Shown here: positions 51,364 through 61,171 of the stretch, one piece after another
Numbering within the stretch: position 1 is the stretch's first letter
Layout of the letters: each line of letters begins with the position of its first letter
Origin: a virus
Lineage: Duplodnaviria; Caudoviricetes
IMG/VR virus record: IMGVR_UViG_3300020308_000002
Span: 10,576 to 74,575 of that record
DNA: 64,000 bases
Reading direction: 5' to 3' (one strand)
The notes under the pieces: model-generated
Database searches by the model: none
What the model saw: only the letters and a program-made list of their open reading frames with translations
Told to the model about the DNA's origin: nothing
Program-made: the position numbers and the translations under genes

Positions 51364-51603
51364 TTATGTCGTCTTTTCCTTGTCATAAAAATCCTTCATT
51401 ACTGATTTCATTTCTGCAGGTAAAGGGTAGTGTCTTAGTAAAGTTCTTGCTTCTCTCCTAACCTCTAAAGGAATTCTTGGTGTTTCTTTAGTGGAGGTCA
51501 ACCTTAAAAGATAATCTCTTGTAGAAACAACAGCATTAATTTTTTGATCTTTACTGCTAATAGGATTCCTTTCTGGAACGGGAGGATATTTCCTAAGCTT
51601 CAT
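51364..51603 (-). CDS. BPSL0761-like protein
   Basis: TRDYLLRL...TPRIPLEVRREARTLLRHYP. Confidence 0.65.
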   Translation of the reverse strand: MKLRKYPPVPERNPISSKDQKINAVVSTRDYLLRLTSTKETPRIPLEVRREARTLLRHYPLPAEMKSVMKDFYDKEKTT

Positions 51604-51862
51604 CGTATTCAAGACTAACAGGTCTAGCAATGTTAGATGCTTTTATTTGCTCTCTTGTTTTTTCGTCATGCCATAAATCTACTTGACGTTCTATCTCTTG
51701 CATCCCTACATGCTTCGCGTAAGTCTCGGCTAATCCTGTATACGTATTTCTTTTAGGAATAGGAGCATCATTTCTTTTATATAAATCATATAAATAACTC
51801 ATAAAATCAGATCTATTCTGATTATTCCTTACCCTACGTCGAGGGTTCATGCTGTCAGCCAT
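51593..51862 (-). CDS. Hypothetical protein
   Basis: 89 aa. Confidence 0.65.
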   Translation of the reverse strand: MADSMNPRRRVRNNQNRSDFMSYLYDLYKRNDAPIPKRNTYTGLAETYAKHVGMQEIERQVDLWHDEKTREQIKASNIARPVSLEYDEA

Positions 51863-51908
51863 CTTAAGAGATCGTGTCTTTAAAGATTAGCTGAGAATTC
51901 GAAAGAAG

Positions 51909-52700
51909 CTAGCCTCTTCCTGCTAGAAGTCTTCCTATCAAAGCTGCAGATCTCATTTGACCTTCTTTCTCTTCATCACTCCTGCCTCTATTGTCACGGT
52001 CTATTGCTGCTTTAACTGCTGTAATTCCAGTAGGTGACTCCATTTTTGGCTTAGGTGTCTCTCCTCTCATTCCTTCATCTGTATCTTTAGTAAAAGGAAC
52101 AACAGGCAGAGGTCTAACCATGTCGTCTTCTGGTGGCCTTGTCTTTCTGTATTCTTCAGCTTCTTTAGATCCTTTGATAGCACTATAAACTTGATCTCGA
52201 TCCATCTTTCCTGACTTCAACTCATTAGCCCAGTAGTCAAAGCCTTCAGTATCAGCGTCTCTTCCTAAGTTATTTCTGTAAGCATCAGTTAAGAAATTTT
52301 CCACAACGCCGCTATACTCGTCTGACCTACGAAGATTACCTATGACATCGTCTTTAGTAGCTCTACCACTACGAAGTTCCTCTCCCCAATATTGTTTACC
52401 TTCATCATCTACCTGCCTATCTAAATTTCTTAGGTATGCATTGTTCAGAAAAGTGTCAACTTCGTCCATAGCTGGAGGTTTTTGTCCGGGAAAACCTGGT
52501 CGACCGGGATCCTTGGGACGAGGCAAACCAGGCTCATAGTCAGGCATTGGATCTCCAGGGCCGTATTGATCTTTTCCCCTACGTCTACCTGGCAGTCTTT
52601 CATCAGGTCTACCTGGCATTCTCTCCTCTTTTGGAACCCCGTCAGGGAAATAAGGTAATCCGTATATCGGGCCGTCTATTTTTGTACCAATTACTGACAT
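51909..52700 (-). CDS. Protein with two DUF4214-like repeats
   Basis: FLNNAYLRNLDRQVDDEGKQYW..RSDEY and FLTDAYRNNLGRDADTEGFDYW..GSKE. Confidence 0.75.
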   Translation of the reverse strand: MSVIGTKIDGPIYGLPYFPDGVPKEERMPGRPDERLPGRRRGKDQYGPGDPMPDYEPGLPRPKDPGRPGFPGQKPPAMDEVDTFLNNAYLRNLDRQVDDEGKQYWGEELRSGRATKDDVIGNLRRSDEYSGVVENFLTDAYRNNLGRDADTEGFDYWANELKSGKMDRDQVYSAIKGSKEAEEYRKTRPPEDDMVRPLPVVPFTKDTDEGMRGETPKPKMESPTGITAVKAAIDRDNRGRSDEEKEGQMRSAALIGRLLAGRG

Positions 52701-52725
52701 CTTTAGTTATAAGGTCTATTAATCT

Positions 52726-53421
52726 TTAATTTAGCATGAATTCTTTTCCTAGAAATTCATGAAAAGGACACTTCAACCTAGGGACATAGTTAATGTTTAC
52801 AACATATCTCGCTTTCTCATTACTAGTCGTTGTCCCTGCATGTTTCACTGAATTAGGAAAATAAACTAACCGATTAGCAACGCTTTCAACTTTATCTCCT
52901 GGTTTTCCATCCTTGTCTAAAAATCGTGTATAGCCATCGCAAGTATTAAGGTAAAAACAAGCATTCATCATATGATCAAATTCACCTGTTTCACTGACTC
53001 TATCTTGGTGGTAACCTAATTCAACAACTTCAGAACTATTGAAAGTTACGTTAACTTTTAATCGAATTAAAGATAAAGGATTAAGGTATTGAACTAAGGC
53101 ATTCATAAAAGGCTGATACAACTGCGTGCGAGCTATAAATATGTCATTTGGATTTCCAAAATAAATAGTCTGCAAGGAGTCAGCTAATAATATGACGTTT
53201 CCTTGTATATTGTTTAAATCTCTTGCAGGTTGGTAATGTTTGAATCCTTTAGCTGTTTTATTAACATATAAGTCAGGACTAGCAGTCTTCGTTCCTATCG
53301 TCCACTCAGGAACGTTTGACATCATAAATTCTTGAAATTCTACAAAAGTATTGTGTGGAACTGCGTTGTCGATGACGGCATATTTTTGATCCTTGTTATA
53401 GAAAACCTGTTGTTCTGACAT
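52726..53421 (-). CDS. 2OG-Fe(II) oxygenase
   Basis: GYHQD, FYLNTCDGYTRF, ANRLVYF, HAGTT, and RYVVNINY. Confidence 0.88.
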   Translation of the reverse strand: MSEQQVFYNKDQKYAVIDNAVPHNTFVEFQEFMMSNVPEWTIGTKTASPDLYVNKTAKGFKHYQPARDLNNIQGNVILLADSLQTIYFGNPNDIFIARTQLYQPFMNALVQYLNPLSLIRLKVNVTFNSSEVVELGYHQDRVSETGEFDHMMNACFYLNTCDGYTRFLDKDGKPGDKVESVANRLVYFPNSVKHAGTTTSNEKARYVVNINYVPRLKCPFHEFLGKEFMLN

Positions 53422-53456
53422 GAGTTTTCTACAAACTTAGCAAACGAATTGCTAAT

Positions 53457-53945
53457 TTACCCGTAATTTGGGTTATCTAAAAAATATTTATCCTTGAGTT
53501 TCTTGATAGTTGCGTCACCAATTAGACCCTTTGTTTTTAGGTCTGCAATAGTATCCTTGAATTCATTATCTGCAATGTTGGTTGCAAGCCAAATATCACC
53601 AAGAGTCCACTCTTCTTCGAGAGTATCCACCAAATCATCATTGCCTATTTTTGTTCTCCATACCTTTCTTTCATCCTTAGTCATTGCAAGCATGAACTCT
53701 GTTTTGCAGACTCTTTGATCTGCTGGGGATATTTTGCCACCTGTACTTCCAGGTACTGTAGGCGGAGTATATTCTCTAGCAGGAGGTGCTTCGAACGTGT
53801 TATCGCCTGTCTTCTTCCAAGAGGTTTCTACCTCATCGGGAACGGTAACGAAATGCTTCGCTACGTCAGGATGATACAACTTCGTTGGATCTGAGTGGCA
53901 TACGTCTGTAACGACGTCGTTATCAACAATTGCGTAAGTAGCCAT
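53457..53945 (-). CDS. Tail-fibre-associated protein, paralogue A
   Basis: Similar to 55264-55698 (HPD, FM..T..ERK..R). Confidence 0.6.
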   Translation of the reverse strand: MATYAIVDNDVVTDVCHSDPTKLYHPDVAKHFVTVPDEVETSWKKTGDNTFEAPPAREYTPPTVPGSTGGKISPADQRVCKTEFMLAMTKDERKVWRTKIGNDDLVDTLEEEWTLGDIWLATNIADNEFKDTIADLKTKGLIGDATIKKLKDKYFLDNPNYG

Positions 53946-53983
53946 TTTAAATCATTAATTATTTGTATTTTAATTTATATTAT

Positions 53984-55267
53984 CTACGTGACAGCATAGG
54001 TCACGACAACCATGCCAGATCCTCCGATTCCTATTCCAGATCGCATGTTAATTTCACCATCCCATCCAGTAGAACCAGAGCCACCTCCTGCTCCACCACT
54101 TCCGGGTATGTTGTATTGGTTTGCACCGCCTCCACCACCTAAGACGCCACCAAAGCCTGCACATCCTTCTCCATTGTTATTAGATTGGTAGGAAGCAGTA
54201 GCACCACCACCTGCTCCTGGTCCTCCATTCCCCGCTGCACAATGTGATCTTGCACTACTCCATGTTGTCTGAGTACCGCCGCCTCCGCCTCCACCGCCGA
54301 GAATGATTCCGTTAGGATCCCAGATAGCACCTCCTTTTCCATTTTCTCCGGGCATGTGATTAGGTCTAGCATTGTCATTACTGGTGTAACCACGAATAGT
54401 ACCACCTCTTCCCCCTGCTCCGAATATTCCTGCTCCGCCGTGTCCTCCAGATCTTCTTTGCTCGTCTCCCCACCTATCCGCACTTCCCCATCCTGCAGTT
54501 CCAGCTCCGCCTGGTCCTCCAGACCAGTTATCCGTGCATACAGCTCCTGGGAAATAAATAGAACCACCACTACCTGATTGATAGCTGGAATATCCACTGC
54601 CTCCCTGTCCACCATCTCCATGACCTAGTGAGGTTTGAGGTGCAGGGGCACCACCACCGCCACCACCTGATCCACTACCAGGGTTGCATGAGTGAGAGTA
54701 ACCACCTTGACCGCCTCTTCTGTTTATGTCTCCACCTACTCCTATACCACCTTGTCCATACCCACTGTATTGGGCTTGCTGTGGGTTACTGTTTTCTCCT
54801 GTTGAATTTGGGTTTCCTGATGGGTTGTTAGGATTTGCTCCGTCGTTGCCGCCGTTAGCAGAACAATGGCTACCAAAAGAAGATGCAGAACCTCTACTAC
54901 TACTGGTTGCTGCTCCAGGCATTCCAACAGTAATTGTCTCTGTAGACCCAACTGAAGATACAGCTATTTCTTTGTAGGAATAACCACCACCACCGCCACC
55001 ATAGCTTTGGCTATTGCATCCAGAATTACCACCAGGACCCCAGACATAAACTCTAATTGGTACGTCAGCATTTATGTTGGTAGGTTTTGTCCAAGTGTGT
55101 TGTGCATTGTTGCCTGTGGAGCTGTTCCAACTACTCCAACTTGGTTGAGCTACATTGCCTTGTGGATCTGGACCTACATAAATATCAATCTTATTACGTG
55201 GTCCTGTAATAGTTCCAGTTGTACTACCACCACCAGAGGTTAAGAGAATAGAGGAGGTCTGTGTCAT
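53984..55267 (-). CDS. Glycine-rich tail-fibre-like protein, paralogue A
   Basis: VYVWGPGG, GGGGG runs, C-terminal GGSGMVVVTY. Confidence 0.75.
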   Translation of the reverse strand: MTQTSSILLTSGGGSTTGTITGPRNKIDIYVGPDPQGNVAQPSWSSWNSSTGNNAQHTWTKPTNINADVPIRVYVWGPGGNSGCNSQSYGGGGGGYSYKEIAVSSVGSTETITVGMPGAATSSSRGSASSFGSHCSANGGNDGANPNNPSGNPNSTGENSNPQQAQYSGYGQGGIGVGGDINRRGGQGGYSHSCNPGSGSGGGGGGAPAPQTSLGHGDGGQGGSGYSSYQSGSGGSIYFPGAVCTDNWSGGPGGAGTAGWGSADRWGDEQRRSGGHGGAGIFGAGGRGGTIRGYTSNDNARPNHMPGENGKGGAIWDPNGIILGGGGGGGGTQTTWSSARSHCAAGNGGPGAGGGATASYQSNNNGEGCAGFGGVLGGGGGANQYNIPGSGGAGGGSGSTGWDGEINMRSGIGIGGSGMVVVTYAVT

Positions 55268-55698
55268 GATGGTAACTTATGAAGGTTGTCAATTTTTGTT
55301 TTAGAAGCAGTACTAATAATTGATTTGGTCACCAACAAATCAAGATCTGCTTGTACTTCAGTATCGGCTATTTTTTGAGGTCCATAGTTAAACATATCGT
55401 CAAAATCTTCAAGATCATCATCTGTTTTGATAATCTCTCTATATTTTTTCCTTTCGGCTGCTGTTAAACAACTCATGAAGTTCTGTTTAGTCATTTGCCT
55501 GATGTCAGGCTGTACCGACGGATCTGGTTTAACAGGAGCCGCGTAGGTATTATCTGAAGGATTTTTAACGTCTCCAACCTTCACAGTTGCCGGTACTGAG
55601 ACGCATAGTTTTAAAATGTCAGGATGAACTTTACCTGTAGGCTTTGAGTCCCACACATTAAGAACATTATTCTCTGCCATTAATGCCCATTTAGCCAT
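55264..55698 (-). CDS. Tail-fibre-associated protein, paralogue B
   Basis: Similar to 53457-53945. Confidence 0.6.
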   Translation of the reverse strand: MAKWALMAENNVLNVWDSKPTGKVHPDILKLCVSVPATVKVGDVKNPSDNTYAAPVKPDPSVQPDIRQMTKQNFMSCLTAAERKKYREIIKTDDDLEDFDDMFNYGPQKIADTEVQADLDLLVTKSIISTASKTKIDNLHKLPS

Positions 55699-55711
55699 TA
55701 GTCATACCTCC

Positions 55712-56938
55712 TTAAGTGACTTTGTATTGAATAAAGATGAGACCATCGCCACCTCGCTGAGATCCCCACCAATTGTTGTAACTTTGCGAAGCTTGGTTGT
55801 ACCCAGTCCTACCGTCGTAACCATTAGAACCAGCACCTCCAGCATTTCCTCCTGATCCGCCAGTGCAATATTGACCGCCGCCACCGCCGCCGCCTAGAAC
55901 TCCTCCATGTCCTCCTATCCACCAAGCCACGTCGTTGGAGCTTTCATAAGAATGGCAACCACCACCACCTGCTCCTGGGCCTCCATTTCCTCCATGGCTT
56001 CCTGCTCTTTCAGAGGATTGTTTAGTACAACAACCGCCTCCGCCGCCTCCTCCACCTAAGAAGATGTGATTAGCTCCCCATATAGCTGTTCCATGACCAT
56101 CAGTAGCAGGACAACAGAATGTCCAAGCGTTACTGTAAGTATTTGCAGTAGCACCACGACCTCCTGCACCATTTAGCCCCGCACCTCCCTGTCCTGCATT
56201 AGACCTGTAGGTAGTAGCTCCCCATCTATTAGAAGAGCCTTGGCTAGCTGTTCCAGCTCCGCCGCATCCCGTATAGCTACTATTTGGTCTTGTTCCTGGG
56301 AAGTTAATAGAAGCTCCACTACCTCCTGAGTAGCTATCGTAATTTCCTCCTCTATATCCATCTTTATGTCCTTGTGGATGTGGTGCTGATCCACCTCCAC
56401 CTCCACCACCTGATCCTGGGCTATTACCTCCTACTCCACCTTGACCTCCTCGTCTATTAATATCTCCACCTACTCCTATACCACCTTGTCCATATCCACT
56501 ATTTATACTTTGTTGAGGATTACTATTTTCTCCTGTTGAATTTGGGTTCCCAGAAGGGGTGCTAGCATAGTGTCCATCGTTACCTGCATTGGCGGAACAA
56601 TGACCACCGAAGGAAGTAACTCCTCCTCTGGAATCATGAGCACCGTTAGAAGCTTCTCCTATAGTTACTGCGACTGTATCGCCAGCAGATAAACTAGTGA
56701 CTTCCTTGATTGATAGTCCACCACCACCTCCTCCGTAGGAGTTCCCTTGAGAATCGTCTATACCAGAATTACCACCAGCTCCCCAACAGTAAATCTTTAA
56801 TGCAATACTGCTATCAAAGTTGGTTGGAACCGTCCACGTATAGCTACCATATGAGTTCCACATTTCAGTAGTGTTTCTCGCACCGTCAGTGAAACCACCT
56901 CCACTACCACCGCCTACTAAGCTCGATAAAGTTGCCAT
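55712..56938 (-). CDS. Glycine-rich tail-fibre-like protein, paralogue B
   Basis: IYCWGAGG, C-terminal GGDGLIFIQY; shares NPNSTGENSNPQQ..GYGQGGIGVGGDINRRGGQGG with paralogue A. Confidence 0.75.
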   Translation of the reverse strand: MATLSSLVGGGSGGGFTDGARNTTEMWNSYGSYTWTVPTNFDSSIALKIYCWGAGGNSGIDDSQGNSYGGGGGGLSIKEVTSLSAGDTVAVTIGEASNGAHDSRGGVTSFGGHCSANAGNDGHYASTPSGNPNSTGENSNPQQSINSGYGQGGIGVGGDINRRGGQGGVGGNSPGSGGGGGGGSAPHPQGHKDGYRGGNYDSYSGGSGASINFPGTRPNSSYTGCGGAGTASQGSSNRWGATTYRSNAGQGGAGLNGAGGRGATANTYSNAWTFCCPATDGHGTAIWGANHIFLGGGGGGGGCCTKQSSERAGSHGGNGGPGAGGGGCHSYESSNDVAWWIGGHGGVLGGGGGGGQYCTGGSGGNAGGAGSNGYDGRTGYNQASQSYNNWWGSQRGGDGLIFIQYKVT

Positions 56939-57265
56939 TTAAGTTACCCTCCAGCCTTGAGCAGCGTTGTAATAAGTAAGTCTAAATCCAATGTTTTTAG
57001 TATCAACAACTAAGTCTTCCGCAGCACCCATAATGTTGAGTCCGTTTCTTGCAAGAGTTACATTGTTGTCTTTTAGATGGCCTGTTGCATCTGCAAAATC
57101 AATGTAATCATCCTCGACCGCAGATCCCGGAAGAGTGATAGTGAATGCACCTCCAGATGCATCTAGTAGTAATGCATCACCAGCAACGGCATTGTAAGCA
57201 GAAGTTTTAGCAGTCCAATCTGCTTCAGCTCCTGCTATGCCGTCAAAAGAAAGTTTTCTACCCAT
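56939..57265 (-). CDS. Tail-associated beta protein
   Basis: DASGGAFTITLP...IDFAD...NNVTLARNG...GWR pattern typical of phage tail proteins. Confidence 0.65.
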   Translation of the reverse strand: MGRKLSFDGIAGAEADWTAKTSAYNAVAGDALLLDASGGAFTITLPGSAVEDDYIDFADATGHLKDNNVTLARNGLNIMGAAEDLVVDTKNIGFRLTYYNAAQGWRVT

Positions 57266-57294
57266 GGTTATACCTCCTGTAGTGCATCTTCTAT

Positions 57295-57633
57295 TTAAGT
57301 CTCGATGCCGTAAGCAGAGAAGGAAACATTTCCTGCACCACTTCCAACCATGATTCGAGCAGTATTTTCTAAGGTAATACCAGTTCTTTCCATTGCGGAA
57401 TTGCCTGACAATGAATAGTCATACTCAACGTAATGCTTGGCATCTATTGCCCCAGAAGTTGCTGACGTCGCTGAATCAACAACTGCAATACGAATTGTGT
57501 CTGGTGTAGCAGCTTGATTACACGCCGATAAAATTACGGTTGTAGTTGCTGTGGCACCAAATAATTTGTAGGTATTAGTCAGATCCGGTGCACCACCAGC
57601 CGGTTTTAGACTCCCCTTAATTCCCGAGGCCAT
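57295..57633 (-). CDS. Small virion beta protein
   Basis: 112 aa ending VSFSAYGIE. Confidence 0.65.
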   Translation of the reverse strand: MASGIKGSLKPAGGAPDLTNTYKLFGATATTTVILSACNQAATPDTIRIAVVDSATSATSGAIDAKHYVEYDYSLSGNSAMERTGITLENTARIMVGSGAGNVSFSAYGIET

Positions 57634-57723
57634 ACGATCTCTATAAAAACAGGTGGGCAGGTTAACTGCCTCGTCACTTTAGTATAGAGGCTATTTGATC
57701 TTAATGTCTCTTGATATGAGACG

Positions 57724-57888
57724 TTATGGTCCTATACCGAAGTCTCCGTTCAACTCCACTCTTTTTCGTAAGTTACTCATAGTCGTTCTTGCTTTCTTCA
57801 TCGCACGAGTATTAGCCTTGTCTGTTCTCATATCTGTTATTTCTAACTTCTTCTTTTCTGCTTGTTTTGCTTTTTTGAATAAAGGCAT
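57724..57888 (-). CDS. Small basic protein (MPLFKKAKQAEKKK..., 54 aa)
   Basis: TAATG coupling to the upstream gene. Confidence 0.55.
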   Translation of the reverse strand: MPLFKKAKQAEKKKLEITDMRTDKANTRAMKKARTTMSNLRKRVELNGDFGIGP

Positions 57889-59351
57889 TAATTCATTGCA
57901 CCGTAGAAGAATGATTGAGCCAAGAAAGTTGAACTTGTCGTGAACTGTCCTGAAATAATCAACTGCCAATTTGCTACTTCAGTACCTGCTGTAGGTGTAG
58001 CACCGTTAGATAAATGATCATTAATATTCATGTATAAATTCAAGTTTGGTGCAGAACCTGTTGTCACCAAATCGTTTTTAAAGTATTGAGTTGCATCAGC
58101 ATACCCACCACGATAATACTGACCACTAGCAAATCTAACCCAGTAGTTATTACCAGTGAAGTCTGTTAAGAAACTAGCTCCTGCTGTGTGATTAGTTTGA
58201 CATCTATAAGTTTGTCCAAGATGAATAACAACATCATCTGCTTTATAGACAGTCGTAGTAGCCCAATTACCTCTTTGATTTAAGGCTTGGATATATAGAT
58301 CCCAGTAAGTAGCATTAGGAGGCTCGTTACCAGTTGAAGCAGCCGTACAACGATAAACATTTCCACCTAGTGTTACTAGATCGTTAATTTTATAAGCAGT
58401 AGCAGCGTTATATGCGCCTCTTTCTTTGAATCCTTCAACAAATATTTCCCAATAAGTACTATCAGGGGGCTCGTTACCAGTGCTTCTAGTTTTGCAACGA
58501 TAAGTGTTTCCACTTAGGTTTACCAGATCGTTGAATTCATATTGTGTTCCTGCCGCGTAAGCTCCTTTTTCCTTAAAACCTTCAACAAATATTGTCCAAT
58601 AAGAAGCATTAGGAGGAATATTTCCTGTTGAGTCTGCAGTACAAACATATAAACATCCACTAAGAGTAACGACGTCGTTAACTTCGTAAGCTGTTGCGTT
58701 ATTGTAAGCACCTACAAGATTGAAACCAGCAGCAAATACATTCCAGTAAGTTGCATTAGGAGGGTTCTGACCTGTATGAGCTTGTACACAGATATAGTTA
58801 ACACCGTTTTGTAGTGCTATATCGTTGAGTTTATAAGCAGTTGAGTTACTCCAGTTACCTGTGTAATTAAAACCTGGGGTAAATGTTGTCCAGTAAGAAG
58901 CGTTGGGAGGTTCTTGGTTGGTATTGTTCGCTGTAGCTATATAGTTAATACCATTAAGCATCGCGACGTCATTGACTTTATATGCCGTCGAGTTATCCCA
59001 AGCCCCTTTATATTTGAATCCTTCTAAGAATAAAGCCCAATACGTTGCGTTAGGAGGAGTATTGCCAACTGTTGTTTGTTTAGCACGATATATCAGTCCA
59101 CTAACTCGAACTAAATCATTTTTTTGATAGGTAACCGCATTGTCATAATCGCCAAGGTCTGATAGACCATCGACCATATTTGACCAATAAGTTGTATTAG
59201 AAGGTGCATTACCTGCTCCAGCAATTCTGCTGATATAAACGTAAGAGTTACCACCGTAGGAAACTACGTCATTTATCTCATAATTAGTGGCTGGATTGTA
59301 GACTCCTCTATACAAAAAGCGGAGTTTACCAAGATCAATAATGGTGCTCAT
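57888..59351 (-). CDS. Tail/adhesin-like protein with nine approx 49-aa CBM5/12-like repeats
   Basis: Repeat G.(W/Y)...T.Y..ND.V...G..Y.C....G..PPN.TYW. Confidence 0.8.
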   Translation of the reverse strand: MSTIIDLGKLRFLYRGVYNPATNYEINDVVSYGGNSYVYISRIAGAGNAPSNTTYWSNMVDGLSDLGDYDNAVTYQKNDLVRVSGLIYRAKQTTVGNTPPNATYWALFLEGFKYKGAWDNSTAYKVNDVAMLNGINYIATANNTNQEPPNASYWTTFTPGFNYTGNWSNSTAYKLNDIALQNGVNYICVQAHTGQNPPNATYWNVFAAGFNLVGAYNNATAYEVNDVVTLSGCLYVCTADSTGNIPPNASYWTIFVEGFKEKGAYAAGTQYEFNDLVNLSGNTYRCKTRSTGNEPPDSTYWEIFVEGFKERGAYNAATAYKINDLVTLGGNVYRCTAASTGNEPPNATYWDLYIQALNQRGNWATTTVYKADDVVIHLGQTYRCQTNHTAGASFLTDFTGNNYWVRFASGQYYRGGYADATQYFKNDLVTTGSAPNLNLYMNINDHLSNGATPTAGTEVANWQLIISGQFTTSSTFLAQSFFYGAMN

Positions 59352-59635
59352 ACGATTTCAACTTGTAAATGTCCTGGGTAAACGCCAGCGGTTGTAGGCC
59401 AACTAAAATTCAGAAGCTTGTTTGACCAAACAACTTGGGTATAGTCGTCATTACTTATTATATTATCGTCTGGAAGCTTAACGAAGTCTGAGTCGCCGTC
59501 ATGACGAACGACATCAAAAGCTCCAGTTGCTGGATCAAATTTGAACCCATAGGCAATTTTGCCTGTCGGTTCTGGAAATTCAATAATTCCCGGTGTTTCG
59601 ACTTCTTTTAGAAGCTCAATAGAATCAAGGCTCAT
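59348..59635 (-). CDS. Small virion protein
   Basis: 95 aa, coupled starts/stops. Confidence 0.65.
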   Translation of the reverse strand: MSLDSIELLKEVETPGIIEFPEPTGKIAYGFKFDPATGAFDVVRHDGDSDFVKLPDDNIISNDDYTQVVWSNKLLNFSWPTTAGVYPGHLQVEIV

Positions 59636-60009
59636 TAGTTCACATCCTCATAAACAGATAACCAACAACTAAAGGTTGTAGTAGCTCCGTCATCTACTGT
59701 TGGAGCATTTGCTTTGACAGTGTCATAGCTTGAGGCTTCGCCAACTAAAACAATCTTCTGACCGCTATCCATCAATTGTACAGTTTCACCTGCAGGTACT
59801 CTTTGGGACTTAGCTAAATAATGCTTAGTCGTTCCTCCTGCTTTTTGAATCCATATGTCACAAGGCAGATCAAATTTACTGTTATTAGAAACAGATACTC
59901 CTGTTACTACACTTGTTTTGTTAGCAGGAGCTGGATAAATACTTACCTCGTCACTAGTTGGGTAGTTGGCATGCCCAAAAGGTAAGCTAAATTTTTTAAA
60001 ATCTGCCAT
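59635..60009 (-). CDS. Small virion beta protein
   Basis: 124 aa; layout similar to 57295-57633. Confidence 0.65.
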   Translation of the reverse strand: MADFKKFSLPFGHANYPTSDEVSIYPAPANKTSVVTGVSVSNNSKFDLPCDIWIQKAGGTTKHYLAKSQRVPAGETVQLMDSGQKIVLVGEASSYDTVKANAPTVDDGATTTFSCWLSVYEDVN

Positions 60010-60641
60010 TAACCGTAAGCGAGGATATCGTTAACAGAGCCGCCTCCTCCTCCTCCTCCACCGCCACTGCTGACGGTGACCCACGAATTAAGAGAGCCTG
60101 CTATATACATACTAAAGCTTCCTGCGGTTGAGTTATACCACCAATCACCTTGTATCATCCCAGACGTTGGAGCAACAGCAGCATTGAATGTTTTCTGTCC
60201 TACTTCTGCCCATGCACTGCCTGTGTACATTTTCAATCTGGTGACTGTTGTGTCCCACCAAAATTCACCTGCTAAGGCAGAGCTAGGAGCACTAGCTGAA
60301 ATGTAAGTTTGAGATTCTGCTAATTCCCACGTAGAAGATGATCCAACGTAAATTTTTAGCTGATCTGTCGTTGTGTCAAACCAAAGTAATCCGTTAGTAG
60401 GACTCGATGGTGCTGACCCCGAAACTACAGCAGTAGATAAATCTTCTGTTGGTTCAGTCCATGCCCCACCTTTGTAAATTTTTAAAATATCTCCGTTTGT
60501 ATCTAACCAAATGTCGCCACTTTCTGGATTAGAAGGAGCAGTCGATGAGACTGTACTTTTACCTACACCGTTTAGTCGATCAGAACTAGTTAACTCTTGA
60601 GGATAACCATCTACATAGACAATAGGATTCCGAATTGCCAT
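60009..60641 (-). CDS. Tail-associated repeat protein
   Basis: Four AP.sp..G..W.DT....LK.Y....W repeats. Confidence 0.75.
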   Translation of the reverse strand: MAIRNPIVYVDGYPQELTSSDRLNGVGKSTVSSTAPSNPESGDIWLDTNGDILKIYKGGAWTEPTEDLSTAVVSGSAPSSPTNGLLWFDTTTDQLKIYVGSSSTWELAESQTYISASAPSSALAGEFWWDTTVTRLKMYTGSAWAEVGQKTFNAAVAPTSGMIQGDWWYNSTAGSFSMYIAGSLNSWVTVSSGGGGGGGGGSVNDILAYG

Positions 60642-61162
60642 CAGCTCAATAACACAGGTGTACTAATCTTGATGTCTATTTTATCGTTGCTAACTCCCTC
60701 TCCTACTGCAACACTAAAAGATCCTGCAGTGGTGGCTGGTGTTGCAGAAATAACTCCTGGTGAACCAGTCAAAAAATACTGAGTCGTTGCAGCGTAACCA
60801 CCTGTATTTTCTAGCATCCCTCTAGTGACCACATCTACTAAAGCCTCTGCTACTGCATCTTCTTTAGCAAAACCAAGGACAGTCGCTTTTTCTCTAGTGT
60901 CGTCAGCGTCTGCCTTGTAAACCTTTCCGTCACTTTGGATATACAACGCATCTCCTTTCGATACGTCTTCACCTACCGTGAGTTCTACGGAAAGAGAAGA
61001 TCCACTACCTCCACTTCCTATAGCTGTTTGCAGTGTTACTAAAGCGGCAATGATTCCGCCTGTATTCTTTGGATACTCTTGCGTCAATGTTCCTCCCGCT
61101 GCGACGATGCAGGCTTGTATGGCAGAAATAATTCCACCAGTGTTTTCAGGATAAGCTGCCAT
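60641..61162 (-). CDS. Capsid-cement/tail-like protein
   Basis: GEDVSKGDALYI..DGKVYKADA..VLGFA..G pattern. Confidence 0.65.
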   Translation of the reverse strand: MAAYPENTGGIISAIQACIVAAGGTLTQEYPKNTGGIIAALVTLQTAIGSGGSGSSLSVELTVGEDVSKGDALYIQSDGKVYKADADDTREKATVLGFAKEDAVAEALVDVVTRGMLENTGGYAATTQYFLTGSPGVISATPATTAGSFSVAVGEGVSNDKIDIKISTPVLLS

Positions 61163-61171
61163 GTTTTAATT

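Noticed and set aside
53017-53025. Extra copy of the early motif core (TAATTCAAC)
   Set aside because: Lies inside an oppositely oriented CDS, without the flanking arms or an upstream terminator; chance match
53457-56938. Diversity-generating retroelement TR/VR pair
   Set aside because: No reverse transcriptase in the window, both copies lie mid-gene in intact ORFs, and the differences are not adenine-specific
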